From positions 1-57,514 of IMG/VR virus record IMGVR_UViG_3300031920_000146: DNA of 57,514 bases; one strand, written 5' to 3'. The translations under genes and the position numbers were made by a program. Shown piece after piece: positions 41,477 to 50,872 of this stretch (position 1 is its first letter; every line of letters begins with the position of its first letter). This DNA comes from a virus. Under the pieces are notes generated by a model, which saw only the letters and a list, made by a program, of their open reading frames with translations, was not told the origin of the DNA and did no database searches.

Positions 41477-41833
41477 TTATTTTTTGCTAATCCATAATTG
41501 AACTAGGCTTACAATTGCATCCGCAACAGCTATAAACGCTTTCCTTTCCATTTCGTCATCCAAGAAAGGGACATCTATTTTTTCGTCAGCCATAATAGCC
41601 GCCTTTTCTGCTGCTTCTTTCCATTTTTTCTCCCCACACAACAATGCAATTTCATTTAATTGTGCATCCATCGTATCTGGAATAATTTTATCAGCCTGTT
41701 TGTCGATAACATTCAGTGCTATTAAAATTAATGTGCCATCAAATATCTCGGCAATACCAGAATTTACCAAGTCATCAAATACTTCTGCAAGAAATCTTTT
41801 TGTCTCTTTGCTTAAAACTTTTCCGTCACTCAT
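41477..41833 (-). CDS. Hypothetical protein (118 aa), last gene of the late arm
   Basis: ORF directly after the lysis genes. Confidence 0.55.
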   Translation of the reverse strand: MSDGKVLSKETKRFLAEVFDDLVNSGIAEIFDGTLILIALNVIDKQADKIIPDTMDAQLNEIALLCGEKKWKEAAEKAAIMADEKIDVPFLDDEMERKAFIAVADAIVSLVQLWISKK

Positions 41834-41838
41834 GATTA

Positions 41839-42108
41839 TTATTTTTTAATGTTGTTTTTAGCTCGTTTAAGCGACTTTATCCAATTCCATGACGCTTCCC
41901 TTTGTTTGGCGGTTATCTTCCATAATTTATGCCCCAGAGTCATTAGTAGCCCACTTCCAAGTGAATACTCAATTACATTTTCTAATGATGGACTAATTAA
42001 ATCAGGTTTTGCAAGCATAACCGCTTGAAATATCATATATGCCACACTTACTCCGGTTGTCTTTTTCCCGTCAATTGATTTGTGTATTTTTATTGCGGCT
42101 TTCTTCAT
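41839..42108 (-). CDS. Membrane protein of the lysis cassette (89 aa)
   Basis: Two hydrophobic segments and a basic C-terminus; ATGA overlap with the endolysin gene. Confidence 0.5.
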   Translation of the reverse strand: MKKAAIKIHKSIDGKKTTGVSVAYMIFQAVMLAKPDLISPSLENVIEYSLGSGLLMTLGHKLWKITAKQREASWNWIKSLKRAKNNIKK

Positions 42109-42617
42109 CTTACCTTTCTTAATCGTTTAACTACGCTTCTAAGCATTTGCATCATGTATTCTTCGTAATTCATGCCAGTAGCATAACCAGCTCTTGCAAT
42201 CTCTTTTAAATACAACTCTGGTATTTCACGTACTGCCAATGCTCTTTTATAACGAGGATTAGCAAATATAAATTCAGCATAATGCCGAAATGAATCCGCT
42301 GGGGTGTCGTATTTTCGAAACCACGTTTCGCAATCATATTTGTACATCTGTACTTTTCCCTTCATTACCGGAGTTATGGAGTGGATTACCGGGAACTTAG
42401 CGTCCGGTGTGGGTAAATATTCTTTTGTCCGGATTAGTTGTTCGTTTCCGTTAATTCCGTCAATGTCCTTAATCCCGAACATCATATTTCCGGGCCCTTC
42501 TTTCCAGCCACTCTCGCCGGCACTCTGCGCCAGCATTGCTACAGCTGATATTCCAGTCTCGCGCTCTACCTTTTGCGCTTCTGGGTAATATTTTTTTACG
42601 TAGTCGAGTGCTTTCAT
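42105..42617 (-). CDS. Endolysin, glucosaminidase (FlgJ-like) family
   Basis: ISAVAMLAQSAGESGWKEGPGNMMFGIKD and ..FRKYDTPADSFRHYAEFIFANPRY.. Confidence 0.75.
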   Translation of the reverse strand: MKALDYVKKYYPEAQKVERETGISAVAMLAQSAGESGWKEGPGNMMFGIKDIDGINGNEQLIRTKEYLPTPDAKFPVIHSITPVMKGKVQMYKYDCETWFRKYDTPADSFRHYAEFIFANPRYKRALAVREIPELYLKEIARAGYATGMNYEEYMMQMLRSVVKRLRKVR

Positions 42618-42868
42618 TATATTTCAGTATTTTCAAGATTTTTTAACTGTTGTTTCTTAATCTCGTATTCCAATTGCTCATTTCTTTTCTTCAGTCTCAG
42701 AATAGATAACCAAACTATACCACCAGCGATGCCTACTATCCCCGCAACTATACTTATGCTATCGTCAATTACATTTGAAAACTTAGCAAGTATAGAGGTC
42801 AGCGAACCAACCGCCCAAAGGAAGAAACTTAATATCTGTGCTACGTACCTCATGCAAAAATCAACCAT
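42617..42868 (-). CDS. Holin-like protein (83 aa)
   Basis: Two TM segments, then a charged coiled C-terminus; immediately upstream of the endolysin. Confidence 0.55.
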   Translation of the reverse strand: MVDFCMRYVAQILSFFLWAVGSLTSILAKFSNVIDDSISIVAGIVGIAGGIVWLSILRLKKRNEQLEYEIKKQQLKNLENTEI

Positions 42869-43176
42869 AATATTCCGAATGCTAATATAGATATGCTAAT
42901 TGCTGTATAGACCCAAAGATCGTGCGTCCCAACACCTGATAGCATTAGAATATCTGTAATCAGGCAAAAGCCTGAATAAATTATACTTATTTTAACTAAT
43001 CTCTTTAATGTCCCTGTCGTGTAATTTAGAAGAATGAAAAATAATCCAAAAAGCGCAATACTATTACCCTCGAAATAAAAGAATGTAGTAATTTCTGAAT
43101 TTTCAAAACTGAACGAATGGAATACTAACCTAAATCCCATCCAACATAGCAATGATATTACGCCTATTTTTTTCAT
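42850..43176 (-). CDS. Multi-pass membrane protein (108 aa)
   Basis: About four hydrophobic segments; lysis-cassette position. Confidence 0.5.
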   Translation of the reverse strand: MKKIGVISLLCWMGFRLVFHSFSFENSEITTFFYFEGNSIALFGLFFILLNYTTGTLKRLVKISIIYSGFCLITDILMLSGVGTHDLWVYTAISISILAFGILWLIFA

Positions 43177-43324
43177 TCGTTTGTCCCCGGAGGGTCTTTT
43201 GGTCTTTGGTCTTTTGATTTCACGATGGGCTCAATAGGTTCAATTTTTCAGGAACCTCAATTTTCTTTTCTTTTTTAATCATGATATTAATTTTTATAAA
43301 GATAACTATTTTTTGTTTAACAAT

Positions 43325-43468
43325 TTATTTACTTTTTTCAATCTCGACTATGTGCCTGAATACTTTTTCTTTGCTAATGGTTTTTGAAATTTCATAGCCT
43401 TCATTAAATAATGCCATTATCTCATCATTGTACTCTTTTTGGTCTTTAAATATTATCGTTCTTTTCAT
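43325..43468 (-). CDS. Hypothetical small protein (47 aa)
   Basis: Hand-translated MKRTIIFKDQKEYNDEIMALFNEGYEISKTISKEKVFRHIVEIEKSK. Confidence 0.35.
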   Translation of the reverse strand: MKRTIIFKDQKEYNDEIMALFNEGYEISKTISKEKVFRHIVEIEKSK

Positions 43469-43621
43469 TTTTTAAAGATTTAATATTGTTTTACATTTAT
43501 GGATAGCCGCATCAATATGGTATATAATAATAGCAGTAACTCCCCACCACCTCCATTGTATCTCTACTTTTGTATTGCTCCATAAATAGTTAATATTTTT
43601 TAGGATATTCATAATTGATTT

Positions 43622-44122
43622 CTATTGGGTATTCAACTGATTCTCAAAACCAGATAATCTAATCCATGCTGTTTCGAGTTGTTTAAAGTCAGGCAATCCC
43701 TTTACATTATCTTTCCCATACTTTTCGATTAAGCGTTGATACCGGCTCCATAAAACTGCTTTCTTATCAGCAATACTATTAACATTATCTCCTTCTAAAT
43801 AATACTCAGTATCAACTTTAGTCACTTGAATTGTGTCGGTTACAGAGAATAAATTAGCAAATTGCTTTGTCAAATTATTCACTGCGGTTAAATACTGATT
43901 AATCTCAGTTTCATAATGAATCGTGTCGAGATTAATATCCTGTCGTTTTTTGTACTGCTCCCATTCTCGAACAATTCGAGCCTCCTGTTCACCTACTTTT
44001 AAGACCATAGTTTTGACATACGGTATATCAGTTGGAATTACTTTCTCCGTTACATAATACTGAGCTTGACTTGATGCAATTGCCGAGATTGCGATTATTG
44101 CGACTAAAATTAACTTTTTCAT
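43622..44122 (-). CDS. Signal-peptide protein (166 aa) downstream of the fibre gene
   Basis: MKKLILVAIIAISAIASSQAQ. Confidence 0.6.
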   Translation of the reverse strand: MKKLILVAIIAISAIASSQAQYYVTEKVIPTDIPYVKTMVLKVGEQEARIVREWEQYKKRQDINLDTIHYETEINQYLTAVNNLTKQFANLFSVTDTIQVTKVDTEYYLEGDNVNSIADKKAVLWSRYQRLIEKYGKDNVKGLPDFKQLETAWIRLSGFENQLNTQ

Positions 44123-44166
44123 TTGTTGTTTATTAATTATATTCTCCTATTAATAATGTTCTTAAT

Positions 44167-47100
44167 TTATAATTGGTCTCCAAAATAACTTGTTAGAACA
44201 AAATATATAGTTGCCCCAGTTGTATGAGATATATCTACACCAAGGTAACTTCCGCTTAATGCTGGCGTTACTGTTATATTTGTTGGATTTGAATCATATG
44301 TTTTATTATAATGTATAGAAGGAGTACCATTGTCGTAAGTTCCACAACTAACCCATTTAACAAGACCCAAGTAGTTTCCATTAACATCAGTGAATACTAT
44401 TGAAGCATTTGCCACTACCATTTTATTACTCACACTTATTGCTGTCCCAGAAGTTGAATGCCAACCACTAGTTGATGCTCCAAGATTACCACTATATACA
44501 TCTATTTCGCCACCTCCACTAGTTAGCAGATTAGTTTCTACCCCCGATTCATCCAAATAGTAAAGGTTATTGTCATCTTTTGGGTAGATAGTTCCATAAT
44601 TAGTGGAACTTGCCGGGGTTGTTCTTTCTTTGATTCTGAATATGCCATCCATTAGCGAAGTTCCAGTTACAGAAAGATAACTGGATAAATCCGCGTACCC
44701 TCCTTCGAATCCTGAGCTGGCATTAATAATATTTCCAGACACATCCCCCGCTGCGATTAGGCTAGCCGATAAATATGCACTCCCTGTTACTTGGAACATG
44801 TAAGCACCATAATCGGCAACACTCCCCACTCTTACCTCATCGGTAATTGTAGCAGGTGCAATGGCTCCGGTTAATGTTTGCCACTTACTTGTACCAGTAG
44901 GAGCAGCCCAGATTCCATCACCTCGCCAAAAAGTAGATGCACTTGCACTTGTCCCAGAATTAAGATTACCAACCGGTAAATTACCAGAAACATCAGAAGC
45001 TAATGAAATTTGAGCCTGAGTAGTGACAACCCCAGTAGTTGTAGCCGACTTCATAAATCCAGTTGACAATGAACCTAAAGCCTGCTCATTTGTTAAAGTT
45101 CCATTTGCTGTTTGTGTAATATATGTCGCATCAGTTGGTGCGCCACCGCCTCCTGTCAAATCATACTCCGCTGTGCTAGTTGTGAAATATATTTTCTTAT
45201 CAACTGAACTCATCCATAAATCACCTACCGAGGAAGTTTGACCTGTTGGCGCGAGGGGTCGGCCTAGTAATCTCATATAGTTTCCACTTGCTAAAATAAT
45301 ATTTCCACTGGTTAGCCATAAATTCCCATTCGTTAATGTTTGGTCTCCATTAAAAGAATTCGTACCACCCGTTCTAGCAAATCCCGTATGCCCAGAACTT
45401 GCGTAATCCAATTCTGTTAATCCTGAGTGATTATTAATACCACTTATTTTTGCATTATTAACCTCAACTTCATCAAATTTCGCCTTAGTCATTAATCCGG
45501 CTCTCGTCCCATCTGCACCAACCATCGTTGCATTAGTTCCATCGCTTGAATTAATATCGACGGTTGTAGTTGTAGCTGTTCCTTCTGATAAGTTGGTGGT
45601 GATATTAGACACCACCGGAACTCCACCAATTGCCAAACTACTAAAATCACCGTCGATACTTGCGTCTTCTACTTGTGATTTGATTAACGATTGTGTGCCT
45701 AATGTTGCTGCTGCGTGGGTTACTGTGCCTACTGATTCAATTGAACCATCAACTAATAAATTATTATCTCCTGGGTCACTTTCACCGCCAACATGTAACC
45801 CGCCATTTATAGCTGTTTTTGCAAGTGGTGTAGTGAAGCCGATGCCGACGTTGCCCTTCAAGACAGTCTTAGTAATATCGTCATTGCCTAGAACAACGGA
45901 ATTGCTTCCTGCTCCGTGCGTATTATAACCAATCACAATTTCATTTATACCGCCATCTGCTAGAGCTCTAGTATCATACCCTAAATATAGGGAGTTAGAA
46001 GAGGTCTCATTCTCAGCACCACTGATTATATATCTGCCAGATTGATAACCGTTGGCTGTATTATAGCGGCCAGTGGTATTGGAGTAGAGAGATTGCATCC
46101 CGTTGGCTGTATTATAGTAGCCAGTGGTATTGTAGTAGAGAGATTGATAACCGTTGGCTGTATTATAGTAGCCAGTGGTATTGGAGTAGAGAGATTGCAT
46201 CCCGTTGGCTGTATTATAGCTGCCAGTGGTATTGTAGAAGAGAGACCGATAACCGTTGGCTGTATTATAGTAGCCAGTGGTATTGTAGTAGAGAGATTGA
46301 TAACCGTTGGCTGTATTATAGCTGCCAGTGGTATTGTAGTAGAGAGACCGATAACCGTTGGCTGTATTATAGTAGCCAGTGGTATTGGAGTAGAGAGATT
46401 GATAACCGTTGGCTGTATTCTGGTTGCCAGTGGTATTGTAGAAGAGAGATTGATAACCGTTGGCTGTATTATAGCGGCCAGTGGTATTGTAGTAGAGAGA
46501 TTGATAACCGTTGGCTGTATTATAGTAGCCAGTGGTATTGGAGTAGAGAGATTGCATCCCGTTGGCTGTATTATAGCTGCCAGTGGTATTGTAGAAGAGA
46601 GACCGATAACCGTTGGCTGTATTATAGCTGCCAGTAGTGTTGTAGAAGAGAGATTGAGAACCAAACCCAGCATTCCTATTATCGCTCAAATCATCAATAG
46701 CACCAGCACCGTACCCGAAGTAAGTAGAATTACCTAATCCTGTTTGATATACACGTCCTGCCACTTCAAGTTTAGTACCGTCATCGTAAATTAAACTATT
46801 ACCAATCGAATTAACACCTGTGAATTTTGAAACGTAATTCGTTGTTCCTGACACGGAAGTATTAATAGTGCTATTAATCTTACTAGCACTCCACAATTCA
46901 GTCGCGCTTGTCCCAGCATCATTAATAATTCTATGCTGTCCGATTGCGTAATTTAACAATCCATCGTGATTTATTTCTGAATCATTGGTTGTAATTGTAT
47001 TTATTGCTCTAGTTAATCCAGTTGAGAAGGTTAATGGAACTTCGTAAGCCACGTTACTTCCGGCAGTTGCTAATCCTTTAGCATTTATTGTTACATTATT

Positions 47101-49782
47101 ATAAGTTCCAATATTTGAATTAACTGTTGCAAGTGTTAATGCTGTTGCCCCCGTTGCATCTCCTGTGTGAGTGGCGTTTGTAATTTTAGCAGTATTGGCA
47201 ACAACACTTGAATTATTGCTAACTTCTGTATCGAAGTCGCTTATTTGAGTCGCTAGAACGGCATGTGGATTACCCGTAACAAGTAAACTATGGTCATAAG
47301 CTATTTTACCTCTATCCCCACGATATGCAGTTACGGATGTTTCCCCTAATGCTAGATTTGAAGTGCCTGAGTTATCAGTAATTACAAATGCAGGGTAAGT
47401 TCCTCCGATTGTCACATTAGCACCACCTGAGAAAGAAACGGTTTTATCAAACAGCTTAGTAGTTCCTTCGGTAATATCATCTGTATCATCATTTAGTTTA
47501 TTAAAATAATTGGTTTCGATGTAGGATATATCACTAACATTCTGATTTATGTCAGTTCTGTGAGCTGTTATTGAATCAGCATTTATTTGTATGTTGGTTG
47601 TATTGGTGTTTATATCTGTTCTCAAATTATTAACGGTATCATTCAATCCAATAACCTGAAATTGCGTTAACCGGAATCCTGTTGAATCAAAATCAGTCAG
47701 TAAAATATTTCCTTTAGGAATTGAGGTAAGGCCATCCTCACTGGAATTTACTACCATTATATCGTCACCTCTACCAGCATAAGAAGTGAATACGTCACCT
47801 AAATCAATAAAATTATTAGCCCCAGAACCCCCGGCTCCTGCCCCTATTCCGGGAATCGCAAGGTCAATATAATCGACATCGTTTCCTGTTATTGGGTCTG
47901 TTACTGATACTATTCTGCCATGTACGGCATTAGTATAATTATCTCTTGTTTGATACACAACCAAAGCAACTTTTGCAATTTCCTTAACAGGAAGGTTCTG
48001 TAATATAGTGGCAGCATCTGCCAGTCCGCCATCAACTGCATCCTGTTCGTCTGCATACGAAGCATGCCCGGGAATTGTGCCATATTTCAATCCGAGTGTA
48101 TTACTGACAAGCATCAGATAATATACGTAATCTCCATTTGTTGCCTCGCTTAATTGCCACGAACCGCCGACATCTTCGTTATACGCAAGTCTACCCGTAC
48201 CTGTTGTAATTACACCAAATCCTGCATTTGTAGCCCTTAACCAAGCAGAAGTACCATCTTTATAAAATATTGAATATCCTTCTGCACTTACTGTTGCTGG
48301 AACAGATGTTTTAATGTCTTCATTTCTAATAGTACCAGATAAGTTTCCATATTGGGCATGAGAATCTGAATTACCTGAGCCATCAATATCGAAATCGACT
48401 AATAATATAGGCTCTATAATAGTACAACCATGAACATCATATAAAGCACCTTTAGTCTTTCCATTCATGTCGAAAGTGTGAAATTCGTTGTTGACGAAGA
48501 TAAAAGTCCCAAAAGTAAGAGAATGATAAATATTCATTATTCCAGGATACCTTTCCTTTATTTGTCGTGATTCAGTATCGGTAGGGTTAGCAATTTCCGT
48601 TATCTCACCTTCATCATAATAAAGCAAATGAATTCCTTCTACATTCGAATAAACAAATGTATCCGCTGCAAATGCATACTTTTCTCCATCTTGATAATGA
48701 TAAAATTCATCACCCGGAGTTGCAGTCAATATCAGTGTTCGCGTTGGTCCATCTAAACTTAGCCCAACATTGTCAGGAAAACTATTATCGTCAGCATCCG
48801 GCCATCCAGTATAGCCTTGTTGTTCTACTGTTACTGCAGATGTTCTAATGTCAACTATTATTGTACCATCAGTAGCATCTATCTTTCCTGGACTGCCTAC
48901 TATTGTCTCGTAGTGCCCTCCTATTGGTCTGGTAATGGTTATTTCTCCGTCACCATTTAGGTATAAGAATTTAACGCCAGCATAAGCCAGTGTGTTTAAA
49001 CCTCCTACTTCTCCAAACTTAGTTACCCATCCAAATGTTAAAGGTGGAATATCATGTGTTGCAACAGCTATTAACGTTGACTTGTCTTTATATCGAGAAT
49101 CTGCTAAGAATATTTCAGGTGAGCCAAATTGATCACCACTAGGTGCAACTATTATTCCATTATGTATTGTATCTTCTGTATTGTTATAGATTCTTATTAA
49201 GTTTTCTAGTCCAATATTAACAGTCACACCCTCTATTTCATTATAATAGGCTAGGGTATGTTTTATAGAATCGTAAAACGTTTTGCCTTCTTGATGAGTA
49301 AGACCTGATTGTAATGTGTATTGAATTGAGTCATGTGGATTAAATAACTGTCCCCAAAGGATATTCATATCTAACCTGTATCCATAATCGAAAGCTTTGG
49401 TGTCAAGTTTCTCGAACATATTTGTAGGCAAAGAATGGGAATCGCCATTTCCGGCTGACTGGTAAACATATCCGATTTTACCTTGAAATGGCGCAAATCC
49501 AGCTCCGAAAATATCCACTACCGTAATAGTAGGCGATGCGGTTGTATCTATTACTAAATACCTTAATCCGCGATTGTCCATTAAGTAATTACCATATTTA
49601 AACGGGAAAGCACCTGGTTCGCTTAAATCTAATGGTAGCACGTCAACAGTGAATGTATCCGTATTAATAAATACTACGTTGTCCAAATTTGTACTCCATG
49701 CTATTTTTGGAAGATACTGAGTATAATCCTGAGACATCGAGAATAACGGAAGAAATAATAGTACTATCAGTATTTTTTTCAT
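44167..49782 (-). CDS. Giant tail fibre / receptor-binding protein (1871 aa) with 17-aa tandem repeats and signal-peptide-like N-terminus
   Basis: Lies downstream of the baseplate-like genes. About 12 units of xSLxYNTTGxYNTANGx, followed by Hep/Hag-like ..GSNSVVLGNDD.. segments. N-terminus MKKILIVLLFLPLFSMSQ. Confidence 0.7.
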   Translation of the reverse strand: MKKILIVLLFLPLFSMSQDYTQYLPKIAWSTNLDNVVFINTDTFTVDVLPLDLSEPGAFPFKYGNYLMDNRGLRYLVIDTTASPTITVVDIFGAGFAPFQGKIGYVYQSAGNGDSHSLPTNMFEKLDTKAFDYGYRLDMNILWGQLFNPHDSIQYTLQSGLTHQEGKTFYDSIKHTLAYYNEIEGVTVNIGLENLIRIYNNTEDTIHNGIIVAPSGDQFGSPEIFLADSRYKDKSTLIAVATHDIPPLTFGWVTKFGEVGGLNTLAYAGVKFLYLNGDGEITITRPIGGHYETIVGSPGKIDATDGTIIVDIRTSAVTVEQQGYTGWPDADDNSFPDNVGLSLDGPTRTLILTATPGDEFYHYQDGEKYAFAADTFVYSNVEGIHLLYYDEGEITEIANPTDTESRQIKERYPGIMNIYHSLTFGTFIFVNNEFHTFDMNGKTKGALYDVHGCTIIEPILLVDFDIDGSGNSDSHAQYGNLSGTIRNEDIKTSVPATVSAEGYSIFYKDGTSAWLRATNAGFGVITTGTGRLAYNEDVGGSWQLSEATNGDYVYYLMLVSNTLGLKYGTIPGHASYADEQDAVDGGLADAATILQNLPVKEIAKVALVVYQTRDNYTNAVHGRIVSVTDPITGNDVDYIDLAIPGIGAGAGGSGANNFIDLGDVFTSYAGRGDDIMVVNSSEDGLTSIPKGNILLTDFDSTGFRLTQFQVIGLNDTVNNLRTDINTNTTNIQINADSITAHRTDINQNVSDISYIETNYFNKLNDDTDDITEGTTKLFDKTVSFSGGANVTIGGTYPAFVITDNSGTSNLALGETSVTAYRGDRGKIAYDHSLLVTGNPHAVLATQISDFDTEVSNNSSVVANTAKITNATHTGDATGATALTLATVNSNIGTYNNVTINAKGLATAGSNVAYEVPLTFSTGLTRAINTITTNDSEINHDGLLNYAIGQHRIINDAGTSATELWSASKINSTINTSVSGTTNYVSKFTGVNSIGNSLIYDDGTKLEVAGRVYQTGLGNSTYFGYGAGAIDDLSDNRNAGFGSQSLFYNTTGSYNTANGYRSLFYNTTGSYNTANGMQSLYSNTTGYYNTANGYQSLYYNTTGRYNTANGYQSLFYNTTGNQNTANGYQSLYSNTTGYYNTANGYRSLYYNTTGSYNTANGYQSLYYNTTGYYNTANGYRSLFYNTTGSYNTANGMQSLYSNTTGYYNTANGYQSLYYNTTGYYNTANGMQSLYSNTTGRYNTANGYQSGRYIISGAENETSSNSLYLGYDTRALADGGINEIVIGYNTHGAGSNSVVLGNDDITKTVLKGNVGIGFTTPLAKTAINGGLHVGGESDPGDNNLLVDGSIESVGTVTHAAATLGTQSLIKSQVEDASIDGDFSSLAIGGVPVVSNITTNLSEGTATTTTVDINSSDGTNATMVGADGTRAGLMTKAKFDEVEVNNAKISGINNHSGLTELDYASSGHTGFARTGGTNSFNGDQTLTNGNLWLTSGNIILASGNYMRLLGRPLAPTGQTSSVGDLWMSSVDKKIYFTTSTAEYDLTGGGGAPTDATYITQTANGTLTNEQALGSLSTGFMKSATTTGVVTTQAQISLASDVSGNLPVGNLNSGTSASASTFWRGDGIWAAPTGTSKWQTLTGAIAPATITDEVRVGSVADYGAYMFQVTGSAYLSASLIAAGDVSGNIINASSGFEGGYADLSSYLSVTGTSLMDGIFRIKERTTPASSTNYGTIYPKDDNNLYYLDESGVETNLLTSGGGEIDVYSGNLGASTSGWHSTSGTAISVSNKMVVANASIVFTDVNGNYLGLVKWVSCGTYDNGTPSIHYNKTYDSNPTNITVTPALSGSYLGVDISHTTGATIYFVLTSYFGDQL
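46040..46665. repeat. 51-nt tandem repeat array (about 12 units) inside the fibre gene
   Basis: Period measured from recurring gattgcatcccgttggctgtattatag strings (102 nt apart = 2 units). A higher-order 357-nt recurrence is also visible. Confidence 0.85.
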
Positions 49783-50468
49783 TATTGAAGTAGGATTTCC
49801 AATTTTAATTTATAAGCCGTATAAAATACACTGATTGATTCAATTGTCACATTATTGTTGTCCATTAATATTCCAGAATAGGCATTATCGAAATTCCGTA
49901 ATTGTCTGTAAAAATCTCCCGAAGTATTATAATAAACTGTTGTATTCGCATGGTATCTACTTAATCCATGATTTACTTGCAAATCTCCCCCCGAAGCACT
50001 CAATACCCACCCCGTTGGATAGTCTGTACCCTCAACTGCTGCTGCCACACTCCCCGCTAAAGTGCCGTTAATGGGTAGTGTAATTTCGTAAACAGTTTGC
50101 GCCCCAGTCGCAGATAGCATACTGTCAACCGTCCTCTGCGTATAGAATATGTCTAAAGAGTCGGAATATTGAACATCTCTCCCATCTGTCAAAGTAGAAT
50201 CTATTCTTGCCCCTGCATACCACCATACCAAATAACCGTTACTTGGTTGATATATTATCGAATCCCATCCATTCCCCGATCCTGCTGTGTTTAGAACAAA
50301 TTGCCGTGTTGCTGCAATAGTGTCATTGCCATCAATTTGAGTAGTTCCCCTCAGTGAATCACCAGTAATTATCAACTCGTAAGAAGCCTCAACTCTTTCT
50401 CCTTTTATTTGTGCATTGCCAGCTAATACTATAAGTGCAAGTGCTAATATTAAAATTATTTTTTTCAT
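49782..50468 (-). CDS. Signal-peptide protein (228 aa), tail-tip module
   Basis: MKKIILILALALIVLAGNAQ. The stop overlaps the fibre start. Confidence 0.6.
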   Translation of the reverse strand: MKKIILILALALIVLAGNAQIKGERVEASYELIITGDSLRGTTQIDGNDTIAATRQFVLNTAGSGNGWDSIIYQPSNGYLVWWYAGARIDSTLTDGRDVQYSDSLDIFYTQRTVDSMLSATGAQTVYEITLPINGTLAGSVAAAVEGTDYPTGWVLSASGGDLQVNHGLSRYHANTTVYYNTSGDFYRQLRNFDNAYSGILMDNNNVTIESISVFYTAYKLKLEILLQ

Positions 50469-50474
50469 ATCAAT

Positions 50475-50870
50475 TTATTTATAATCCCATTCTACTACTA
50501 TTCCTGTTAAATCAGCTTCCAGTATAGTCAGCTGAAACCCTGTCAATGATGGCTGATTTGCATCCACAAACCCCCACGACATTTCATATCTTCGCCATAC
50601 TCCACTTGGCTGTTGAACCATTTTATACACCTCTGGTTCTCTGCCTATCGGAATTGATGTGTATGGTATGCCAAATGGTACTGTAACGTTAGGTGAACCC
50701 AATCCAGACAATCTCCCTTTTTCTGGATGATCGTCCTCTAGTAAATTCTCCAAAGGTACTTTGAATGGTTCACTTCCGAAATTTATACTATCTATTACAA
50801 TGTACAGCGAGCTAAGCGGTACTGCGCCAGAGATATACGTGTCTAATGCTCTTATTCTTTTTTGTGTCAT
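50475..50870 (-). CDS. Hypothetical tail-tip protein (131 aa)
   Basis: Synteny only. Confidence 0.55.
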   Translation of the reverse strand: MTQKRIRALDTYISGAVPLSSLYIVIDSINFGSEPFKVPLENLLEDDHPEKGRLSGLGSPNVTVPFGIPYTSIPIGREPEVYKMVQQPSGVWRRYEMSWGFVDANQPSLTGFQLTILEADLTGIVVEWDYK

Positions 50871-50872
50871 AA

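Noticed and set aside
46026-46737. Track ORFs 46026..46673 (-) and 46042..46737 (+) with repetitive PTVI/GIVVERL-type translations.
   Set aside because: They are alternative-frame readings of the 51-nt tandem repeat inside the 1871-aa fibre gene. Their openness is a by-product of the periodicity.
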